DNA of 64,000 nucleotides from positions 27,489-91,488 of the forward strand of contig JBILLK010000038.1 in the NCBI GenBank assembly GCA_044376115.1, read 5' to 3'. How positions within the stretch are numbered: the stretch's first letter is position 1; each line of letters opens with the position of its first letter. The DNA is from Polyangiaceae bacterium. GTDB taxonomy: Bacteria; Myxococcota_A; Polyangia; Polyangiales; Polyangiaceae. The position numbers and the translations under genes are program-made. Below are positions 57,694 through 64,000 of the stretch, in pieces. The notes beneath the pieces were generated by a model. It saw nothing but the letters and a program-made list of their open reading frames with translations. It had not been told where the DNA came from and did no database searches.

Positions 57694-58979
57694 CGTTCAG
57701 CGCACGATCGTGTCGCAGCCGCACCGCAGCTCGACCGTCGATCGCTTAGCCAGCGATCCACTTGCGCGCTGGGGTCTCGAACCAGCGGAACGAAAGGGTG
57801 GCGACGATGAGCAGAGCGAGCTGACCACCGACAAACCCCAACGCGAAGCTTCCGGTTCGCCGCTCAAGTAGTTGGTGCACGCTGAATGCTACAAGCCCAT
57901 GCAGCAAGTAGAGGCCGTACGACACCTTTCCGATGTGGGTAACCACAGAGTTCTTGAGCAACCAAGCGGGCCAGCCGGGACGCCCACTGGCCCCGATCAC
58001 CCACAGGATCAGAAAGCCCAAGAGGATCGGCTCGATCATGAAGCCAACACAGTAGTTGAAGGCCTTGCTTTGGAAGCCAATCGACGCGGAAGCCAAGACT
58101 CCAACGGTCATCAGCAGAGCAGCGCCAGGGGCTTGAGCCACGGCAGTGAGTCGGTCCCTCCAACGAGGTTCACGCATCAGGACCGAGACAAGGCAGCCCA
58201 TCGCCAGTTCGTCAGCTCGCGTGTCGAGCGCACGATAAAGATAGTGAGGCGAGCAGTCGAAGCCGAATACGAGAACCAAGCGCCAGGCCCATACCGCGAG
58301 GATTAGTGTAACGAGCGCGCGACTCAAGCTCCTCTTTGTCGACGCCAAGAAACCTAGCGCCAAGGGCCAAAGCAGATAGAACTGCTCCTCGACCGAGAGC
58401 GACCAGCAGTGAGAAAACGCGTTATCTGGCGCTCCAGTGAAGGCTTGGTAGTAGTTGACCACGTACAGAAACGCCGCTCCCGCATCCGGCCAGGGCACTG
58501 GCTTGCCTCGGAGCAACAGGATCGCGATCACGACGACCCCAAACGCCAGAAACACGGGCATGAGACGCGCCGCGCGCCGACGATAGAAGCCCAGCAATCC
58601 GACACGTCCGGTGCGAGCAACTTCATCCAGGAGCAACCGCGTGATCAGAAAGCCAGACAGCGCGAAAAAAGCCTCCACGCCGAGTGAGGCCAGTGGCGCC
58701 GCCGCCATTCCTACCGCAGGATGGGCCTCCAGACCGTGCGCAGCCAGCACCATGCAGACGGAGACCGCACGAACAAAGTCGAGCCCTTCAATATGCTTCG
58801 CGTTAACGCGAGCCAGCAGCCGTTCGCCGCGCGTTTGCACGTCCATGCTCACTGGCGCCGCAGCCCCATTCGTCAGAACCTATACGTTCGCACGCCCGCT
58901 ATGAAGCGGCTTGCGAGGGTAAGCTCAACACAAGATCGTTCAGCGCACGATCGTGTCGCAGCCGAACTGCACCTCGACC
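57694..58979. repeat. 43-bp direct repeats (57694-57736, 58937-58979) flanking the acyltransferase
   Basis: 40/43 identical, first 28 bp identical. Confidence 0.85.
57746..58852 (-). CDS. Acyltransferase family 3 (OafA-like)
   Basis: LDFVRA, GVEAFFALSGFLI, FYRRRAARL, WSLSVEEQFY, SYGLYLLH. Confidence 0.92.
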   Translation of the reverse strand: MSMDVQTRGERLLARVNAKHIEGLDFVRAVSVCMVLAAHGLEAHPAVGMAAAPLASLGVEAFFALSGFLITRLLLDEVARTGRVGLLGFYRRRAARLMPVFLAFGVVVIAILLLRGKPVPWPDAGAAFLYVVNYYQAFTGAPDNAFSHCWSLSVEEQFYLLWPLALGFLASTKRSLSRALVTLILAVWAWRLVLVFGFDCSPHYLYRALDTRADELAMGCLVSVLMREPRWRDRLTAVAQAPGAALLMTVGVLASASIGFQSKAFNYCVGFMIEPILLGFLILWVIGASGRPGWPAWLLKNSVVTHIGKVSYGLYLLHGLVAFSVHQLLERRTGSFALGFVGGQLALLIVATLSFRWFETPARKWIAG

Positions 58980-60202
58980 TTGCCGGGTTGATTCGGCCCG
59001 GCGAGGTCTTGGGCGCTATCGCACGAGGTTGGGCACAGCACCACGTTGGTCGGCGCCGCGAGATCGTCGTAGTACCAACCGTGGCCTGCGCCGCAGCCAG
59101 CTTGATCTCCGACGTTTGGAAGCAGCGTCTCGTTATTGCCGCTCACGAGCTTCACGTTCACCTTGTCGGCGGCGAGCTCCTCTCCTTCGGGCGGCGGCGG
59201 AATGGCGAGCACGCAGTCAACCTCGGAGCTCTCCACGACCGCCTGTGCAACCGAGTTGAAGAAGCCCGACCAAGCGCCTGCACCGTCGCAGAGCTGCGCA
59301 CGCACGCCGCCGGATTGCTGCACTAACGTGGTGTAGGTTGCGCCGGAGTTGGGCGGAGAGCTCATGTCCGGGTACTCGCACACCACCGACGGATCATTCG
59401 CATCGCCCCAGCCGTAGATGCCGCTGAAGAGGAAGCCGTTGAACAGGCCGTTCCACGAAGGGTCGAGGATGCCCGGCGGCAACATCAGCGAATTGAACGG
59501 GTTCTGCCCGCCGGCGAAGTTCTTGAACTGGCTCGCCGACAAGCGCGCGTTGTCATCGGTGACGACGACGATGGTCTTGCTCGCCTCGGGCCGCAGCTCC
59601 TGCGCCCACGGTTCACCACCGCGCGCTTGGCCCTGCTTGTAGCCTTCGGTCTGGCCCAAGGTGCCGAGGAACTGCTCGAGCGGCTGGGTGCTCAGCACGT
59701 CCACGCTCGATTGGAAAAAGCGCGGACCGTTGCCGCAGGAAGCGTCACCGGCGAGCGGCTGCGGGATGCAGATCTCGAGCGCGCCGGTGCCCCGCTTGGA
59801 GAGCAAGATGACTTTGTAGTCGAGCGAGGTGGCCGCGATCAGCGCCGCGAAGTTGTTCATGCCGGCCTTCACCTCGGCGACCGACGGCTCCATGCTGCTC
59901 GAGTTGTCGACCATCCAGATGATGTCGACCGGCAACGCCTCCAGCGTGGCCTCCGCGGTAACGCCGGTGCACACCGGCTCCCCACCGGAGCCTTGACCGC
60001 CCTGCGCGAAGCTCGAGGTCGAGCCGCCGCTCGATGGAGCACCGCCAGCCTGGGCGCCGCCAGCCGAAGTTCCGCCCTCCCCACCCCCTCCGGTGGAGGT
60101 CGTGCTCGTTGGGCCGGGACCGTTCACCTCACCCGTGGGCGACTGGCCCGCTTCACATGCGACTGCGAGCAGTACAACGGAGAAAAGCAAAGACTGGCGC
60201 AT
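58940..60202 (-). CDS. VWA-domain lipoprotein
   Basis: AVAC lipobox, Gly linker, DNSSSM MIDAS, VVTDD, GWYYDD...LCP..C. Confidence 0.85.
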   Translation of the reverse strand: MRQSLLFSVVLLAVACEAGQSPTGEVNGPGPTSTTSTGGGGEGGTSAGGAQAGGAPSSGGSTSSFAQGGQGSGGEPVCTGVTAEATLEALPVDIIWMVDNSSSMEPSVAEVKAGMNNFAALIAATSLDYKVILLSKRGTGALEICIPQPLAGDASCGNGPRFFQSSVDVLSTQPLEQFLGTLGQTEGYKQGQARGGEPWAQELRPEASKTIVVVTDDNARLSASQFKNFAGGQNPFNSLMLPPGILDPSWNGLFNGFLFSGIYGWGDANDPSVVCEYPDMSSPPNSGATYTTLVQQSGGVRAQLCDGAGAWSGFFNSVAQAVVESSEVDCVLAIPPPPEGEELAADKVNVKLVSGNNETLLPNVGDQAGCGAGHGWYYDDLAAPTNVVLCPTSCDSAQDLAGPNQPGKVEVQFGCDTIVR

Positions 60203-60367
60203 GATCGAGAAATAGCACGCACGGGGCGCGGCCATCGGATCGATCCGCATACGCGATTGTGACGAACAGGCAACACGCGGGGTTGTGGAGCAGCGCGCCG
60301 CGAGTCCCGACCGAGCGGCTTTGAACTCACGCGCATCGACCTGGGTTTGACCTATACAGAAGGCACT

Positions 60368-61795
60368 ATGTGGCGCCGTCTCGTTGGGTTCATTCGTTTG
60401 ACCGGCTTCGCTTGCCTCACCGCCTGCGGCGCACGCACCGGTCTCGAGGACCCTTGCACGCCCACCGGCGAGGAGCAGTGCGACGGGCTCGACAACGACT
60501 GCAACGGTGCCATCGACGATGGCGTCGCTCCTGTCACTTGCAGCACGCTCGCCTGCGTAACCACCGTCGTCTGCAGCGACGGCGTGATGCCGGCCTGCAT
60601 CCCGCCGGAGCCGAGCGAAGAGACGTGCAACTTCATCGATGATGATTGCGACGGCGAGATCGACGAGGGGTTCGGCTTTGGCCCGTTGGGCGACGTGATC
60701 ACGCTGCGCTCCGACGAATTCGACACCGGCGATTGCACCAGCTGCAGCTGGGCCTTCGGCAGCACGCTCGCACCGGTCGACGGCGGCTTTCTCGCGTTGT
60801 GGGAGCTCGGCGTGAGCGGCGGTAGCGAGCAGGCCAACCTGTACGGTCGTCGACTCGACCCGCTGGGCAATCCAACTGGACCGATCGAGCTTTTGCGTTC
60901 CGACTTTGTGTTGAACCTCGTACCGATGCCGGCAAGCACCCCCGCACCGCCTCGAGGGTTTCCGGTCGACAGCATGCTTCGCGTTGGGAGCGGGGACGTG
61001 CCCGGGATCTTGTTCGTCGATGCGGCGGGCACGACCTCGCTTGCCTCTCCCACACTGGGCGGCAGCGTTCAGAACGTACCGCGCACCGTTTGGACAGGGT
61101 CACGTTTTGTCAGCGCCTGGGAGGAGGACGAGCAACTTCGCCTGGCCGTGCTCGACGCGGACGGCGTACTCGAACGAGAGCTCGAGGTCGATCCGCTCAC
61201 AAGGCCCGTCGCGATCACGCTCACCGCTTACCGTGATCGCGTGGGAATCCTCGTCACGCGTTTCATCGCAGAGCCCGAGACTCGCGACCAATGGTTCATC
61301 CTGCTCGACGCCCTCGGCAACGTGCTCACGCCCGCCCATCCGATCGACGTCGAATACGCCAACTGGCAACGGCTAATTGGCACCGACCAGGGCTGGCTTC
61401 ACGTGCGACCGAACAGCTTCGGCGAGCCGTCGACCCGTCAGCCGCTCGCCGTCACCGGGGAGCCGCTCGAAGCAGCAACGCCCTTCGCCGACGGGCGTAG
61501 TCTCACCGATTCGGGCGTGCAAGACGTCTTCCTTCCACTGCCCGGTCAGCAGGAAATCCTCACCGCATGGCAGTCTTCGGATAGCGCGATCATGAACGTC
61601 GAGTTCCTTGATGAGCGCGGCGACACCCAACGCGGTTGGTCCGGCCCGCTGCCCATGGTCGGCCCCGACCAGGACTACCTGGCCGATCCGCACATCGCCC
61701 TCAGCGGCGACCGCGTGCTAGTGATTTGGCACGGCGGCGCCGCCAATGGTGAGCCCAATCGCGTTTATGTCCGCGCCTTCGGTTGCGTGCCCTGA
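60368..61795 (+). CDS. Lipoprotein with Cys/Asp metal-binding (MopE-related) repeats
   Basis: LTAC lipobox; EQCDGLDNDCNG, ETCNFIDDDCDG. Confidence 0.78.
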   Translation: MWRRLVGFIRLTGFACLTACGARTGLEDPCTPTGEEQCDGLDNDCNGAIDDGVAPVTCSTLACVTTVVCSDGVMPACIPPEPSEETCNFIDDDCDGEIDEGFGFGPLGDVITLRSDEFDTGDCTSCSWAFGSTLAPVDGGFLALWELGVSGGSEQANLYGRRLDPLGNPTGPIELLRSDFVLNLVPMPASTPAPPRGFPVDSMLRVGSGDVPGILFVDAAGTTSLASPTLGGSVQNVPRTVWTGSRFVSAWEEDEQLRLAVLDADGVLERELEVDPLTRPVAITLTAYRDRVGILVTRFIAEPETRDQWFILLDALGNVLTPAHPIDVEYANWQRLIGTDQGWLHVRPNSFGEPSTRQPLAVTGEPLEAATPFADGRSLTDSGVQDVFLPLPGQQEILTAWQSSDSAIMNVEFLDERGDTQRGWSGPLPMVGPDQDYLADPHIALSGDRVLVIWHGGAANGEPNRVYVRAFGCVP

Positions 61796-61825
61796 ACGCC
61801 GGCCACACGCAATGACAGCGCAGGC

Positions 61826-62425
61826 TCAGGGCGCGTACGTCTTCGACCGCAGCCGCGACCGCGTCCACGTCAAGGCGAGGCCCACGCCTATACACGGGAG
61901 GAAGTGGTACGCGACCAGGTGCGCAGTGGTCTCGACGGGGCAGGTCAGCTCGAGCCCCAGGAGGCCTGTAGCGCCGGCTGCCAGGCCACCGATGAAAGCC
62001 TCCTCAGCTCGATAGGCAAAACTGCGCAGAATCAACAACGTCAAACAAGCCGGGAGCAGCGCTAGCAGCAGCTCCAAGGGGACGCACTCAGGGCCATGCA
62101 ACGCCAGATCGAGAGGGCCGCGGCTCACGGCGGACACCACCACGCTGAGCAGCGCGAGCCCCGCGAACAGTCCGCGAGACCCAGCGGCGGGAGGCTTCAC
62201 CGCGATGACGGTGCCAGACGCAACCACCAGGACAAAAAGCACGGCGCTCAACCAACGCAGCGGAGGCAGCGGCCTTGGAATCGCGAGAGCAACGCCAACA
62301 CATACGACGACGACTGCGACCTCCGTCGCTGCGAGCGCCCTCGCACCCCATTGCCACCGCCGCGCCACAGGCGCGTTGCCGAGCGCTGCGCGCACCTCGT
62401 TGCGAATCAGCTCAATGTCCGACAT
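61826..62425 (-). CDS. NrsF/DUF1109-like membrane anti-sigma factor
   Basis: Multiple TM helices, ECV, LTCP....HL..YH; TGATG coupling to sigma gene. Confidence 0.7.
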   Translation of the reverse strand: MSDIELIRNEVRAALGNAPVARRWQWGARALAATEVAVVVVCVGVALAIPRPLPPLRWLSAVLFVLVVASGTVIAVKPPAAGSRGLFAGLALLSVVVSAVSRGPLDLALHGPECVPLELLLALLPACLTLLILRSFAYRAEEAFIGGLAAGATGLLGLELTCPVETTAHLVAYHFLPCIGVGLALTWTRSRLRSKTYAP

Positions 62426-63000
62426 CAAACGGTTCCTTTCCAAAGGGTGCGGGTTAGCGTCCGCAAACGCTCATAGCCTCGGTGGGCACGCACCTTGACC
62501 GCGGATTCGGAGGCGCCAACCATGACGGCGATCTCCTGGAAGGAGAAGCCAGCGAGCTGATGCAGCACGATCGCTTCGTGCTGGTCTTCGGGCAAACTGC
62601 GCAGCGCGCCCTGCAGCTTCTGATCGAGCCAAAAGTCCGAACGCACCGCTTCATCGACCTCCTCGGGCAACGTTCCATCGGCGCTGAGCAGCTCGCGCCG
62701 CCCTCGTCGCCGCTGATCGCGGAGCGCGTTCATCGCAATCGCGTAAAGCCAGGGCTTGAAGCGCGTACCTGGAGCAAAACGCGCGCGCGCTCCAATCACT
62801 GAGAGGAAGGTCGCTTGGGTGATGTCGTTGGCGAGCGCGCGATCGCCCGTGGCCCGCAAGATCAGCGCGCGAACTCCCTTGGCGTGGCGCTCGAATAGCA
62901 CTTCGAAAGCCACCTCCGACCCGGCCGCAAAGAGCCGCATCAGCCGCTCGTCGTCCTGATCGACGAGCTCATCGGCGCTGGGAGTTCGCGCTTCGCCCAT
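62425..63000 (-). CDS. ECF sigma-70 factor
   Basis: DITQATF, FKPWLYAIAMN, SFQEIA...AVKVRAHR. Confidence 0.92.
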   Translation of the reverse strand: MGEARTPSADELVDQDDERLMRLFAAGSEVAFEVLFERHAKGVRALILRATGDRALANDITQATFLSVIGARARFAPGTRFKPWLYAIAMNALRDQRRRGRRELLSADGTLPEEVDEAVRSDFWLDQKLQGALRSLPEDQHEAIVLHQLAGFSFQEIAVMVGASESAVKVRAHRGYERLRTLTRTLWKGTV

Positions 63001-63063
63001 ACCGTCCGCGTTACCGCACGGTGCCGTGGAGGAGGTTAGCCCGCAAGGCTCGCAGCGCTGACT

Positions 63064-63765
63064 TCACCGCAAATCACGCGAGATGAGCTTGTAAGCAAGC
63101 GATGGCTCCGAAGCCGTCGGGCGCGTCACACAGCGGTCCCCCTCTTGCGCTGCGGGAAACATCTCTTCGGCGCCTTCCGCTACTTGGTACAGATCCTTCT
63201 CGAGGCAGCTGCCGTTTCGGAAAGAGGGTGAGCCGCAAGCGCTCTTCGACACATCCACCGCCTGATCCAAGACCAAGCCACAATCATCGAGCCCGAAGCC
63301 CACAAACGCAGCTGGGTCCACGTGTGCGGTCATCGACGCCGAAATGTTCTGAATGTCGATGTCGTAACCGTCGGTTACCGTCGCGGAGCGACCCACGACT
63401 TCGTAGCTGAAGCTGGCCTCGTAGGTGAGGAGCAGGACGGTGCGCTCTTCATCGGCGAACACCTCGACGAAAAGATCCATCTGATTGTTGCTGCCGTCGA
63501 AGGTGTCGTAGTCGTCGACATAAGCGGTACCGTCCGCGCCTTCCACGGCGAATTGCAGCAGCCACTTGCCGGTCGCTCGCGCGTTGAACTCGGCTTCTGC
63601 AGAAGCTTCTTGTCCGCCGCCAGCGCCTCCAGCTCCGCCAGCGTCTCCGGCACCGGAGCCCCCATCGCTCCCTGCATCATCGCCGCAGGCGACTAGGCCA
63701 ACGGATGACAAGCCGAGCAGCCCCACGCACAAGAAGGTCGAAAACTTAGCGAATACTGTGTTCAT
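63064..63765 (-). CDS. Lipoprotein, possibly APCDD1-like domain
   Basis: LVAC lipobox; GRSATVTDG, CG...DVSKSAC, EKDL, RPT pattern; domain call from memory. Confidence 0.6.
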   Translation of the reverse strand: MNTVFAKFSTFLCVGLLGLSSVGLVACGDDAGSDGGSGAGDAGGAGGAGGGQEASAEAEFNARATGKWLLQFAVEGADGTAYVDDYDTFDGSNNQMDLFVEVFADEERTVLLLTYEASFSYEVVGRSATVTDGYDIDIQNISASMTAHVDPAAFVGFGLDDCGLVLDQAVDVSKSACGSPSFRNGSCLEKDLYQVAEGAEEMFPAAQEGDRCVTRPTASEPSLAYKLISRDLR

Positions 63766-63830
63766 AAGTGGTCCTAGGTAAAGGCGGAGCAACCGAAGGC
63801 CGGGTGGGCCGCGGTTGCTGTTACAGCCAA

Positions 63831-63857
63831 GACGCAGGAGCAGCCGAATCGGTTACA
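63831..63857 (-). promoter_or_regulatory. ECF-type promoter
   Basis: Minus strand TGTAACC-N16-CGTC upstream of lipoprotein-sigma-anti-sigma unit. Confidence 0.6.
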
Positions 63858-63874
63858 GGGATTCGAATCCTTCG

Positions 63875-64000
63875 ATTCCACCGAAGGTGGATGCAGTGAA
63901 CAGAATGACTCGGGCCTTCTCCGGAAAAAACGGCCGTAGGCCCCATTGGACCTTTGACTTGGCACGAGTCATTCCACCGAAGGTGGATGCAGTGAACAGA
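63875..64000. repeat. 30-bp perfect direct repeat (63875-63904, 63971-64000), 96-bp period, cut by window end
   Basis: ATTCCACCGAAGGTGGATGCAGTGAACAGA twice. Confidence 0.85.

Noticed and set aside
63859..63870. GGATTCGAATCC as a tRNA T-arm
   Set aside because: No acceptor, D or anticodon arms can be built around it
63958..63975. Sigma-54 promoter (TTGGCACG)
   Set aside because: No TTGC at the -12 position

Overview
High-GC DNA that looks myxobacterial (Polyangiaceae/Sorangium-like), judged from the Ser/Thr kinases, FHA-sigma54 activator, DUF1592/DUF1552 pair, many Cys-lipoproteins and VWA/MopE-type proteins. The flanks (1-16 kb, 50-64 kb) carry accessory and regulatory genes. The centre (about 16.5-49 kb) is a mosaic defence/plasticity region with a type I R-M system that has genes inserted between hsdR and hsdM, an IrrE/DUF4411 pair, a SauUSI-like PLD-helicase-DUF3427 gene, two copies of a VapBC-like pair, and three eroded copies of a nucleotidyltransferase pair. 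Three non-coding systems stand out. (A) A ~46-bp hairpin occurs 11 times in the same orientation, mostly as doublets 145-147 bp apart, at the boundaries of duplicated, truncated or inserted gene modules. (B) A ~100-bp imperfect palindrome occurs 3 times, each time just upstream of a gene. (C) A ~530-bp phased array of 13 TTTGCCGGCAAAG-type palindromes with 40-43 bp period reverses polarity mid-array and lies between a gene of unknown function and a sigma-70-like gene. I recognised no integrase, transposase, cas gene, rRNA or tRNA. Product calls come from reading motifs by eye, not from database searches.
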